Shown: positions 12,760 to 24,197, counted from the first letter of the stretch. The stretch is 43,152 bases of DNA from Folioceros fuciformis (GCA_049999805.1 JBNGIO010005873.1:100765-143916), one strand, 5' to 3'. The notes: generated from the letters alone by a model not told the origin. Made by a program: numbers and translations.

Positions 12760-13620
12760 CATGACAGGATTTAGCGTGCTGGACGATGCAGCCCAGCTCG
12801 TGCTCTCCCGCACGTTCATGGTTCGATGCTGCTTTTGAACGGACTGCTCAACAATGAGGATTCGCGTTGCTGGATCGTACGGTGGTTGGAAGGTGGAGTG
12901 CCTGGTAACAGCTGGGCTCGGCTTGATCAGCTCCACCTGCATTGTGACAACGCCGTGGCGCCAGCTTGTTGTATCAAGTCTTCAGAGCCAGGGTGCTAAC
13001 TCGTTCAAGGTCATCAAATTAAGTATACAACAACTGCTCAGTTTTAATAACGGAACCGCCTTTCCTGGCTTGAATCTGAGCCTTGTGATCGGCAACAGCG
13101 AGCTGGTATGCATGTGGGGCAGGCGTAGTAGAATGTACCTGGTGTGTCTTAGTCTTCAATATGCGGTCATCATGGTGCACAGCCGCTGCGGGCGGACAGA
13201 TGACAGTCTTCATTCTGCTGCTGTCACTCAGACGTCAGCATGTCTTCACTTTGTCTGTGAGGAAATGTCCGCCACGACGTTGTGGTGCAGAAGGAAGGTC
13301 CATGTTAACGATGTGTGCAAACGCATCTATTCAATAGAGCGACACAAAGAATGCGGGGAGGCAACGAGAGTCCGACTGATCGAAGTGACACAGCAGAGTG
13401 CGAGGAGACAACGAGAAGCCTACTCTACTGTTTAAATTGCCACAACATACTGCGAGGACTTCAACCAAAGTCGAAGTGTTCCATTTGGCAAACCCGCGCC
13501 ACCCGCCACATAGACAATCAATATGTCCAATTTGCTACTCAAAGGATACGAGACAGAGTTACTGTAGGTTAGGGTTTAGTAGCGGGTACGCTCCACTCAC
13601 CCCTGCAGCATCCGCGGATG

Positions 13621-15521
13621 TTACGGCCAGAGGAGTGATCCTCCATGGCCAGGGAGAGAACTAAAATTGCACACTGACCCACTCACTGCGCACGAGCAGA
13701 ATCGGTTTGATGAGAAGCAACATTGTTTTGCACAGTGCAGAAGGCCCACTATCGGTAAGGAATGCATCTAAGAGAAGTTGGCTTACTTACCATGGTAGCC
13801 CCCCTGTACAGGATCCGTGGCCAGGAGAAGTGGGGTATCGAGGTCTACGAATCTGCAAAGCCAGGTTGGTCCACTCTTCGGTCATGATGACTTCATGGTG
13901 AGAGAGGAATGCGGATAATCATTGTAGCACAAAGTGAAGAGACAACCTGAAGCAACCAAGACCGGCAGCAAAGTTGCCAGCAAACCCCATTGCAATGCGC
14001 GTTTCTACCATGCCCCCTATCATCAAGTCAACACCTGCATCACCTGCAATGCCCACTATCTGCAATGCCGCAAGAAGTCCAACTTTTGCCAGTTTGATGT
14101 TAATGACGTTAGCTAGGCCCTCATTCACGATGCGTTCAGCATCCAAAGGGCATCGGCAGCTTTCATCCGCAGCAACAGAGACTCCGTATTCGCCGTTGGC
14201 AACCCTGGAAACGTGGCCTAGTCCAGCCCAGTTTCCTCGACTGACAGGCTGCTCGAAGAGAACTGGTGTCAGGTCAGCCTCTGCAGGAAAGCACTGAGAA
14301 GTAACTAACACGATGTAAAACAGCTTCCCTTGAATCGAAAACGACAAGCTAATCCTGGACTGCTTTCAGTCCGTCAACGATGGAAACGCCGAAAGTACTC
14401 ACCATGCAAAGTCCTTAACACTTGTAGAGCTTCATCCACAGTGTAGCCCTCGTTTGCATCCAGTATGAGGGAACAGCCTGGATGGCCACCTTTTACAGCT
14501 CTCAACAGTGCGATATCCTGCGAAGGACTTCTGCCTCCTATCTTCACCTTGAGAGTGTCAAAGTCTTTCTTCGCGTAGTCTGCTGCCAAGACTGCTGCTT
14601 CTTCTGGTGTGCATATGGGTATCTGGAGGCATCAGTGTTTGTCATTCCTTAATACTGGGAGACAGCATGCTTTCTATAGTAACACGAAGGTGTGCTCAAC
14701 ATGAGGCTTGCAGCAGTGCTTCAAGATGCATATCTCCTCTCCTACGTGATGTCAGTCCAATGCTTTGGAAGGGCCCACAGCGTTCTGAACTTCTACGGCG
14801 CTGCCAGTTCTCACCGTTATGTCCGTTGTCACCGAATTGCCATGACCTCCAAAAAGTTGCCAGAGAGGTAGACCAGCTTTGCGTGCAACAGCATCAACAA
14901 AAGCCATCTCCATGCCGGCTCTGATCTGTTGCACCATCAAGCAGTCAGTCCCACTTGCAAGGTTACGACGCTCCATCCTCCCCGCATACTGGAAAAGAAC
15001 CCACTCGGATCCGCCGGCAGTCTTACAGGTGCGAAATTGTAGCCGGGAAGAAGGCCTGCTATGCGCTCCAAAATATGAAGGCAACAGTCTGGACTTCCCG
15101 GGAGTAGGCTGCAGACTTCCTCGGCTTTTACCAACGCGGTAGGCTGGTCCTCTGCAGTGACAGGAGGCAAGATGGGAACCTCCCCCCATCCTACGGTGCC
15201 GTCCGTGAGCTCTAGTCGAATCGCAACGTTGTTCACCGACGTCAGCTTGGCGGACGCAATTTCAAAGGGAGCCATCAATGGCACATCGAGGCGTCTCGCT
15301 TCCACCTTCAAAACCTCCGCGGTGGATTGCAGCATGGTATGCCATTCTTTGCAAGGACTGTACCAGTTCGATGTCAATTTACAGAGTGGACCACCTTCTG
15401 ACACCTCCCAGCCGGAAGATCTGGATGAAGCGAGACACAAAGGAAGCCTGGAGGACGCGGGATACAGCGCTGCAGAGCTGGAAATGAAGCATCCTCGGGT
15501 GCAATTAGTACCTGACGCCAT
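13621..15521 (-). CDS. L-Ala-D/L-Glu dipeptide epimerase (enolase superfamily, MLE subgroup), multi-exon, with probable transit peptide
   Basis: PLMAPFEIA, GTVGWGE, RAGMEMA..DA, TTDITIP, TLKVK (KxK), LDANEGY, LFEQP, AADES, INIKLAK, GGMVET, FVDLDTP (DxD). Last exon VSGSVCNFSSLPGHGGSLLWP*. Ser/Arg-rich N-terminus. Start position is approximate. Confidence 0.9.
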
Positions 15522-15985
15522 CAAAGAGACGTCACGAAAATGTCCGAGTCACATGGATCGTGCCCGCAATCCTTTCCACCAAGGTTCTTGTGTACTTTCT
15601 CTTCACCACCAAGCTTCTTGTGACCTCTGAGTGGGTACAGGTTCCAGAGATTCCGTCAGTGAAATAGATTTCCCACTTTTTTATTGATTTAGTTACAATA
15701 TTTAGCTTAAGTTCAATCCGACTCTTGACGTCAAGCAACTCGATATGGAACACGTCCGTATATTAGCTTGGGATAGGCAGTTCTGCAAGTATATTCTCAT
15801 CCCAGATTCCAGTATGCCCAGACGTGGATTTGCGAAGGAAAACGCGGAAGAACAATCACGAAGTCGGAAGATATTTTCATTCCGAAGTAGGTGTGACCAG
15901 CCTCGTGAGACCAGAAAATCATTGACCCAAGACAGTCAGATAGATCATTGATAACCGAAAGAAAGGGATCACAACTAACAAGAAC

Positions 15986-16119
15986 ATATGTACCTCCAGT
16001 GTCACCAACCATGCCATACACAGGGCACGTGTGGAGCTAACTGGTGAACAACCTGCTATAGCATAATGATAGAACCGATGAATCCATGATCAGGAATCAT
16101 AGGCTTGCAATGTTATGCA
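15986..16119 (-). ncRNA. Box H/ACA snoRNA, copy A
   Basis: Minus strand: hairpin 1 GCATAA...TTATGC with an internal pocket, H box ATAGCA (16059-16054), hairpin 2 CCAG...CTGG with a pocket, then ACA (15991-15989) plus 3 nt. About 134 nt. Conserved with copy B. Confidence 0.82.
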
Positions 16120-16344
16120 TTCTTACTCGAAGTTTCAAAAAATTGCGCATTAAGGTCTGAAGGTCTCATAACACATAGTAGGCACTGCGCAAGCCCGCTA
16201 CCGTCAGAACACACTACGAGGTGGACTGAAAGACATGCACAGGGTGGACACCTACATCATTAGAGTACACTAAGTAGAAGACTACTACACTCCATCATAG
16301 GGCATTAGAAGCTGTTCTGCAAAGTCTGTAAAGGAAGCAAGTTT

Positions 16345-16490
16345 GAATGTTTCTCCCGTGTCACCAATGCTAACAGGCCTAGGCGATTTAGCATTGGAGC
16401 TAACGGGAGATCCTAGGGTGCGGTGCTATTGCATAATGATAGAACCGGTCAATCCACTTACAGGGATTAACAGGCTTGCAATGTTATGCT
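16345..16490 (-). ncRNA. Box H/ACA snoRNA, copy B (paralogue of A)
   Basis: Same architecture: H box ATAGCA (16429-16424) and ACA (16350-16348) plus 3 nt. Pocket sequences match copy A (CATTGCAAG/TTCTATCA; TTAGCT/TGACA) while stems differ but still pair (GTTAATCC/GGATTGAC; TCTCCCG/CGGGAGA; CCAATGCTAA/TTAGCATTGG). Confidence 0.82.
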
Positions 16491-16982
16491 TTGAGAGGAG
16501 CATAGAGACTCTGCTGCTCACCACTCCAAAACTTGAAAGAAATACTTTCTCATACATAGGTGGTGTTGGTGTTTGTTTAGGGTGGGTAGGGACCGTGCGG
16601 ATCACCAGCCCCAATATTTTTCCTTCAACACTACAGTCACCATTGCTAAACTGATACAAAGCAGTCTTGGAAATAAACAGAAAGGGACCCTAACTAACAA
16701 AACCCGAAAAAAAAAAACACGGACCACATGCCTCCAACCTATACATTTACTTTCATCAGTCAGGCTACAACGGATAGAAAAAACAAGTGCAAGCAATAGC
16801 CAAAATTCCTTGCCATTGAAAGTTTGGCAAGAATACCCTTCACATGGAAACAAAGAGATAGCATTTGGGAATAAAGGAAATACTCCAGACAGAAGGGAAC
16901 AAGCTTTGTAAATAGTAAGTTACCGGTTCTGGACACATGAAAGTTCACGTTTCAGGTGCGCCCATAACGTTTTCGTGGACAG

Positions 16983-19967
16983 TCAGTCACAGTTCGGTGG
17001 TAGTATCATAGTGCACTCCCCTTTGACCGTCTCCAGCAATTTCTCCAGCTCGGCATACAACTGACTTCTATCTGAATGCCTTTTATCTTCAACAGTAAAT
17101 GAGTGCACCCCATTTTCCAATTCCATCCACGTGCGACCAGGTTCTTTCTTCATACCTGTTCCTTGCATAATCCTTCTGATGTGCGCACTTTCTTCCAGTT
17201 TGCCATTCAAAGTGTAGATGTCAGCTATCATAACATAAGCCGCAACTTCCGTTGCATCTAACTCCAGCACGGCCTCAAAAGAAGATATTCCAAAATCGAT
17301 ATTCCCATGGGTTCGGCAAGCTCCAAGCAAAGTCAAGTGCACATCAATCTCAGGAGACATCGGCATATTGTTGATAAAGGCCACTGCTTCAGACAGCAAC
17401 CCGGCACGGCCAAGGAGGTCGACCATGCAAACATAATGCTCCATCTCTGGTCTGATGCAATATACCTCTGACATGGAGTGGAACAGGGTGCAGGCCTCGT
17501 CCAACAAACCACAGTGGCTGCAGGCAGAAAGCAAGCTGACAAAGGTGGCGGCATCTGGAAGCATGTCATCAGCTTGCATGTCTTGAAACAGTTGAAGTGC
17601 ATCCATCGCACGACCATGCTGGGCGTAGCCTGCAATCATGGAATTCCAGGACACCACATTCTTCACTGGCAAGATATCAAAGACAATCCGTGCCTCTTCC
17701 CAACTCCCACATTTGGCATACATGTCAACAAGGGCGCTTGAGATGAACAGATCTGTCTCTAACCCACACCTCTTGATCTCAGAGTGAATAAGCTTGCCTT
17801 GACTTAGTGCTGCAACACTAGAACATGCGTTCAAGATGCTGAGAAATGTATACTTGTCTGGCTGCAAGTCCTCCCTGTGCAGTTGGTGATACATTTGAAG
17901 GACGTCAGCGCCCAGACCATGGTTAGCAAAGCCTGTTAACATAACGTTCCAAGTCACTAAGCTCGGCCTTGGAACACTACAAAAGACACTGTACGCATCC
18001 TCCGGGCTCCCCAACTTAGCAAACATGTCAATGACCGTACTAACTACAGATTCATTCTGATCAAGTCCAAACTCTTTCACCTGGGCATACATAAGCTTTC
18101 CGTACTGAAGAGATCCCATGTTGGCACATGCCTTCAAAATACTCATGAACGTTACTTGATTGGGCTGAATACCCTGGACTGGCATTTGTTCAAAGAGTTC
18201 TATAGCAATCGATCCATAACCATGCTCGACACACCCACCAATCATAGCGTTCCATGTACCCACATCTCTGGTGTGAACTCTGTCAAACACTGCGCGTGCA
18301 TCCTCCAGGCTGCCGCAACTGGAAAACATGTGTATTAAAGCATTGCCAATCTCATCTTTCGATTCAAGACACCTTTCGATAATCTCTGCACAAATAAGCT
18401 TCCCTTGCTCCAGACATGCCATGGTGGAGCATGCCTTCATGACAATCAAGAGGGTGACTTTATCTGGAATCATGCCTTGCTTTCCAATTTCATAGAATAG
18501 TTGAATAGCCTCGTGGCACAACCCATGCTGGGCATATCCCGCCACTATCGCATTCCACGCAGCCAAACTGGTTTTACCCCACGACTCAAACAAATTCCTT
18601 GCATCATCTACACTCCCACATTTGGCGTACATATCAATCAGGCTGGTAACCAGGTACAAGTCTGGCTCACAACCACGTTTCGCAACAGATAGATGGACCA
18701 GCTTGCCTTGCTCCAAGGCAGCTATATTTGAACAGGCCTTCAATACACTGAGCAGGGTCACATGATTTGTCTCCAGGCCCACCTGTTGCAAATCGTGGTA
18801 CAGATTTACAGCTTCGCAACAAAACCCATGTTGAGCATAAGCCTCAATCATTGTTGTCCAGCTCACCAAATCTTTTCTTGTTAACGTGTGGAATACATCA
18901 CAAGCATCTACCAGACTCCCACATTTAGAGTACATGTCAATGAGACTATTCCCCACCAGCAGGTCTAACACAAAACCAGCTTGTAAGAGCTGAGTATGAA
19001 GTGCCCTGCCGTCATCCAGGGCTGCAATACTAGAACATGCTTTGAAGATGCTCACGAGAACAAGGCTATCAGGTTTCAGGCCCTCCTTCAACATCTGTCG
19101 GAACAGTTGAAGGGCCTCATGACCATCGCCCCTTTGGACATATCCCGAGGTCATGGTTGTCCATGTTACCACACTTTTCACAGGCATTCTCTCAAAGACA
19201 ATACGTGCATCTTCCAAGCTGCCACACTGGAGATACATTGCAACAAGTGCACTTCCAACAAATACATCGGATTCAACCCCTCTTCCCAAGATGTAGGCAT
19301 GAAGCCCCTTGCTTTCAGCGAGCGATCTCAAACCGGCGCAAGCTTTCACAAGGGCCACAAGTGTGTACCCGTTTGGTTCAAGACCCTGCTCTTGCATGAG
19401 ACGGAAGAGAGCCAGTGCCTCGAGACCACAGTCGTGCCGTGCATACCCTGCAACCATAGAAGTCCAGGTTACCAAGTTCTTAACAGTCAATCTGTCGAAA
19501 ACAGACCGCGCATCCCCGAGGCTCCCACATTTCGCATACATGTCAACCAGGGCGCTGCCTACAAACAGATCTGATTCATTGCCACTTTCGACAATGTGAC
19601 GATGAATCAGCTTGCCCTCCACGAAGGCTTTACCTCCAGAACAGGCCTTCAAAGCGGCGACGTAAACTCCGACGTCGGGTTTCAAATTCCGCTCTAGCAA
19701 GAGTCGAAAAATATTCAGGGCTTGCTCAGTCTGTCCCTCCCTGGCGTGAGCTGCAATGGCCTCCTGCGCCCAGGCCAAACGGTTCCAGGGAGACCCTGCA
19801 CCAAGCCCACTATGTGCTTCCAGAAAATGGGAGGAGACGACACATTCCTGGCCCACGGCCCCAGAAAAATCCCTACGCTGTCCCCTGAGAAGTTTCCAAG
19901 AAAGAACTGGCCTGCCAGCCACCACATTTGCCTGCTTGACGCAACAGCGCAGAAAACCACAGCGCAT
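16983..19967 (-). CDS. PLS-class pentatricopeptide repeat protein with E/E+ extension (PG box, no complete DYW domain); probable organellar C-to-U editing specificity factor
   Basis: Intronless 994-aa ORF with P-L-S triplets (SALVDMYAKCG, VTWT/NAMI, TFVSLLSACSH), HYVCMVDLLGRAG and MKKEPGRTWMEL, ending before any HxE/CxxC motif. Confidence 0.93.
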   Translation of the reverse strand: MRCGFLRCCVKQANVVAGRPVLSWKLLRGQRRDFSGAVGQECVVSSHFLEAHSGLGAGSPWNRLAWAQEAIAAHAREGQTEQALNIFRLLLERNLKPDVGVYVAALKACSGGKAFVEGKLIHRHIVESGNESDLFVGSALVDMYAKCGSLGDARSVFDRLTVKNLVTWTSMVAGYARHDCGLEALALFRLMQEQGLEPNGYTLVALVKACAGLRSLAESKGLHAYILGRGVESDVFVGSALVAMYLQCGSLEDARIVFERMPVKSVVTWTTMTSGYVQRGDGHEALQLFRQMLKEGLKPDSLVLVSIFKACSSIAALDDGRALHTQLLQAGFVLDLLVGNSLIDMYSKCGSLVDACDVFHTLTRKDLVSWTTMIEAYAQHGFCCEAVNLYHDLQQVGLETNHVTLLSVLKACSNIAALEQGKLVHLSVAKRGCEPDLYLVTSLIDMYAKCGSVDDARNLFESWGKTSLAAWNAIVAGYAQHGLCHEAIQLFYEIGKQGMIPDKVTLLIVMKACSTMACLEQGKLICAEIIERCLESKDEIGNALIHMFSSCGSLEDARAVFDRVHTRDVGTWNAMIGGCVEHGYGSIAIELFEQMPVQGIQPNQVTFMSILKACANMGSLQYGKLMYAQVKEFGLDQNESVVSTVIDMFAKLGSPEDAYSVFCSVPRPSLVTWNVMLTGFANHGLGADVLQMYHQLHREDLQPDKYTFLSILNACSSVAALSQGKLIHSEIKRCGLETDLFISSALVDMYAKCGSWEEARIVFDILPVKNVVSWNSMIAGYAQHGRAMDALQLFQDMQADDMLPDAATFVSLLSACSHCGLLDEACTLFHSMSEVYCIRPEMEHYVCMVDLLGRAGLLSEAVAFINNMPMSPEIDVHLTLLGACRTHGNIDFGISSFEAVLELDATEVAAYVMIADIYTLNGKLEESAHIRRIMQGTGMKKEPGRTWMELENGVHSFTVEDKRHSDRSQLYAELEKLLETVKGECTMILPPNCD

Positions 19968-20966
19968 CCTGGTAACTGCGGCAGCCCCTTGTTACGCCAT
20001 GGGATCCCGGTATCGCTGAAGGGACTCATCGCCTCTACGACGATGCAGAAACACTGCCGGTTGTTCACTGAAGCGCTAGCAACACTTTGAGGCAGGCAGC
20101 TTGCTCACGCGCCAAGTGAATTAGGGTTCACGGCGCCGAGCGTGGGCGGTTCAGGTGGACGTCTAGGCCCTTCCAGCCAAATATGAAATAACCCACCTTT
20201 CGTAGGAGGTCTTTCTAGTTGGGCTTCAACGTTTAGTATCTCACTTTCCTTGCAGAATCAAAACCCACTGACTCGGTACCCGAAATCGGCCTCGGAGGGA
20301 TCCTTGAAAGCTGACCCTCGAAAAGACTCCCGAGAAGGCCTTCAACGTTTTGCACCGTGCTCGGCATACTGGCTTGAAGGAGAACACATATCTGCTTGCT
20401 TCGTTTGGGTTGTCCCGTCCCCTGCACGGGAGCTATGGTTTGTGGCTGTCTTTTGCGTTCAGCAGTCCAGTCCATTTGACAAGAGGGCCGACATCATGAA
20501 CTGACAGAAGAAATTGGCGCTGCATGGAAAGGGAGTTCAGAACGTTGGGTTGGGAATGTGGGATTGGATTGATCTCAACCAGGTGCACATGAAAATAATC
20601 TCGAATGGATCTATTCAAAATCCTTTCAATGAAGGGAGTCCTTTACAATTAGGAAACAGCCACTGATAGGGGCTGGAAAGAAATCTCGAAAATCTTGCCA
20701 CGATCTCTGAGACATAAGTTAGCAAGGTCATACAGTCCTTCAACTTGAAAGAGCTCCCACCGCCTCACTCAGGATTTCGCAGTTCTTCCGCCCGGAGGAT
20801 ATCCGGTCGGTGCAGATGAGGGAGCAACGGGGGAAGCCCGTTGGAGTCAGGACGCTGCTGGGGTTGTACGCTAAGTCTGTCAATCACGGATGAATCGATG
20901 GTAAGTTCAGAGAACGAAGTACCTGTGCAGTGCAGAGCCAGAACGCTCGCACGGATGACCACCTGC

Positions 20967-21707
20967 TCAATACTTGGGATACGCGGGAGGGGTCTGGCTG
21001 TAGGGGGCAGGAGGAGACGTCTCCTCAGGCTTCTCGTACGAAACGGCTGGGGATTGGTTGTAGGGAGGAGGAGGAGGAGGAGGAGGGGCCTGAAAGTAGG
21101 CGGGTGGAGGAGCTTGGTATTTGTGGGGTGATGGAGTCTTGTAAACTGTCTTGGTCTTGTAATCTGGCTTCTTGTGAGGCTTTTCCTCTGGCTTTTTGTA
21201 TGGCTTCTTGTAGGGCTTCTCTTCTGGCTTCTTGTAGGGCTTCTCTTCTGGCTTCTTGTAGGGCTTCTCCTCTGGCTTCTTGTAGGGCTTCTCTTCTGGC
21301 TTCTTGTAGGGCTTCTCCTCTGGCATCTTGTAGGGCTTCTCCTCTGGCTTCTTGTAGGGCTTCTCCTCTGGCTTCTTGTAGGGCTTCTCCTCTGGCTTCT
21401 TGTATGGCTTCTCCTCTGGCTTCTTGTANNNNNNNNNNGGCTTCTCCTCTGGCTTCTTGTACGGCTTCTCCTCTGGCTTCTTGTATGGCTTCTCCTCTGG
21501 CTTCTTGTACGGCTTCTCGTCTGCCTTCGTATTGTCGTGGCGAGGCTTGTTGTAGTTGTCGTAGGGCTTCTCCTCAGGCTTCTTTACCTCCTTCTTGGGC
21601 TGGTCGAAGGCATAGGTATAGGCATAGTTATAGCCTGCACTGGCCTCCTGAACTACGGTGCCTGCAAGGAAGAACAGGAGAAGGAGGCCCAGCAGCCGGA
21701 GCCCCAT
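20967..21707 (-). CDS. Secreted Lys/Glu/Pro/Tyr-rich repetitive cell-wall protein (extensin/PRP-like)
   Basis: Signal peptide MGLRLLGLLLLFFLAGTVVQEASA, YNYAYTY, more than 12 KPEEKPYK repeats, a VYK motif and a poly-Pro/Tyr tail. N gap lies inside the repeat. Confidence 0.85.
   Translation of the reverse strand: MGLRLLGLLLLFFLAGTVVQEASAGYNYAYTYAFDQPKKEVKKPEEKPYDNYNKPRHDNTKADEKPYKKPEEKPYKKPEEKPYKKPEEKXXXXYKKPEEKPYKKPEEKPYKKPEEKPYKKPEEKPYKMPEEKPYKKPEEKPYKKPEEKPYKKPEEKPYKKPEEKPYKKPYKKPEEKPHKKPDYKTKTVYKTPSPHKYQAPPPAYFQAPPPPPPPPYNQSPAVSYEKPEETSPPAPYSQTPPAYPKY
21165..21520 (-). repeat. 24-bp coding tandem repeat (KPEEKPYK), interrupted by an assembly gap at 21429-21438
   Basis: Plus-strand unit ggcttctcctctggcttcttgtag repeated. 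Confidence 0.95.
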
Positions 21708-23415
21708 GTTTCCTACAATGGTGGCTGCAGAGCAGTGAACGAAATACAGCCCGGATGCGGACAGACGCTGGATGATGACAGTCCGCGCAGCCTATCCCCA
21801 TATATTGTGCAGCAAGATCTGCAGGCCTGTTGTGATCCAGAGACTAGACGACCACTGTAGCCATGCTTCCGCATGGCACATCAAGCCTCCAGGCTGTGAA
21901 CCAGCTAGTAGTCAAATGTGCAGTCAACATGTACAGAGGCAGCCAGCACTCGTCCCGATCCCAATGTGGCTGGCTACTTGCAGAAACACCAAGACTGCAG
22001 GTGAAGCAAGCATCCAAGCCGTTCCATATCGCAGGCGACTTAAACTAACAATCCTGTAGGGGAAATCGGCATACAGAGAGCTCTCACGGACCACGGACCT
22101 GCCCACTCTACAGCGCTGCGAGAGGCGGGTCGTGCGCACGTCACACCTCCAGACTTCATGGTTTAGGACCAAGCAGGCTTGTAAATCGCACAGGTACGGA
22201 ACACGTGATTTGCCTGATAATGCGCCACAGTCTCCATTGCCAGTGCGTAGTACACTCGTACTGTATGTACATATCACATCTCCTGGCACCACGGCCGCGC
22301 AGCTGCCTGAAAAATAGCGAGGGACGCATTGATTATTATAGCCACGGCCAAGTTCGGGGAATGTATCCTGAAAAAGATGGTGGCCTCAGTGCACACACTG
22401 GCAGGCCGCCACGTTCAGCATGCGACAGTGTCGAAAGATGATGACATCCGAGCGCCGTGGACGCATTGGAGTACTGTGGTGTATTTAACAAGAAGCCTGT
22501 TGCTGTTTCTCGCAGGTATGGACTCTGGAATAGGCTGGTGCCGCTGGTGAGGTTCATCAGTCTCCATGTTCATGGCCGCATTGAGTCTTACAGTGTCAAC
22601 CTTACAACTGGAAACTGGAAGGTCACATCTGGTCTGAAGATGAGAAGAACAGCATGAGCCTGAAGCTGTATATATACATGATCTCTACAAGTCTCCAGCG
22701 CTGATACGTGCCAGCTAGCTCCCTGACAGTGTATCTGTATGTATCGTCAAGGTGTACAATTCCTGGGCCAGCCGATCCGATCCATGCGCAATGTTCCGGG
22801 ATCGAGCAGCCCAAACCAGCGCGATGCATAAGGTGATACGAGGTTGGATAAGCCCCGAAATGGCGTTACCTGGAGCTGCATTCACCGACGGTGAAACAAA
22901 CGAACAAGATGCAAAACGTGTGTACACACATCCAGCAGGTTAAATTTGGTGAGAAGAGTGGATGGCATTGGGACCTCCCTCGTACGCGATGCTTGTCGAC
23001 TGTCACCAACAACATGTGAACGTGGGAAGGGAGCAGGGTGAGTCCCACGGGCCCGGTTGAGTGAGATCTGCTGGCTCGCGATCGGAGCTGAGATAAGCCA
23101 AGCTTTCTATTGCTAACAAGCTTGTGACACTTAAAAATCTGGCACCATTAATAATGGTGTCGATCTGGGTTGGAAATGTTAACGCCTCACATTCAGAAAG
23201 CGTATGCCCAGCCAGGTTTGTACAAGAGGTTGTAGCCTAAGCACTGAACGGGGCTGCAAAACAATGCGCTTGGTTGGACAAACCGGCCGGCAACCCGGCC
23301 AGCGCCACCACAGTAAGCTTATGTGTCCACTTCCGTGACCCTTTATGAATTCGGACGATCGGTCGACAAACAAATGGCCGATATCGATCGGTGCACGACT
23401 GCGCTCATTTCGAAA

Positions 23416-24197
23416 TCAGCCAGTGATGTGAGGAGCTGGCTTTCCATGGGCGCACTTGCCGGGAACAGTGTAGAAGGGGCCAACAGTGTAGCTGATGTTC
23501 TCCACCCCGTTGGCCTTCACCGACTTCTTCTTCTCGAGGGGGGCGCCGGAATGGCCCTTGTTCAAATCCGTGACGAAGTGGCAGGGGCCCGGAACCGACA
23601 CAACCGTGGCCTTGCAGTGCGACACTCCGAACGCAGAGTAGTCGTAGTCGTACAGATTGATCACAAAGTAGCCCTTGTCATTCGTTTTCGCAGCCCTGTA
23701 GTCCGTCTTCAGCCCGTACAGGTTGATGCAAGTCACACTCACAATGGCGCCTTCGCAGCAACGGTTCCCGCGTCCCAGCACATTGTCACATTCCAACATT
23801 ACTCAGTCACGAAAACGGCGCACGCAGATCTGAAATGAACCGGCCGCTGTTGCGGTAGATCCTATCTGAAATTGCAGTTTCAGCATTGAACTTCCGTCAC
23901 ACGCACGGGCAGCGAGCCACACTACTCTTGACCTTAGCACTTACCATTGATCGGCACGCCCGTGGAAGGGGCCTTGCTTTTGGGATCCACACACGCCTTG
24001 GCGCAGAAGACGAAACCGTTCACGCTCACGGTTAGATCTCCCCCGCGGAATGGCTCGCTGGAAGGCTCATGCTTCCTGGATTCCGCCTTCGGATGGTTTT
24101 GCGGTCTTCCAGCCAGAACAGGATCCGCCACAACAGCCAATACAGCCAACGCCAGGGCGAGCACCAAGCCCCGCCTCTCCGCTCTCCAAGAAGCCAT
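23416..24197 (-). CDS. Pollen Ole e 1 / PAC-domain secreted protein, 2 exons (24197-23945, 23750-23416)
   Basis: Signal peptide, VSVNGFVFCAKAC, PINGAIVSVTC, TNDKGYF, CKATVVS.P.PC, GAPL, YTVGPFY match the Ole e 1 cysteine pattern. Confidence 0.88.

Noticed and set aside
12854-13435. 193-aa plus-strand ORF after GALS
   Set aside because: No recognisable domain; lies in the convergent 3' UTR region.
16345-16400. TTAGCAT and TGACACG words resembling U6 snRNA
   Set aside because: No ACAGAGA box or U6 5' stem; the words are explained by the H/ACA hairpin.
20930-21860. Plus-strand ORFs with ASCRASPL and LLWLLVGL repeats
   Set aside because: Antisense shadows of the 24-bp repeat; only the minus frame has a signal peptide and a sensible composition.
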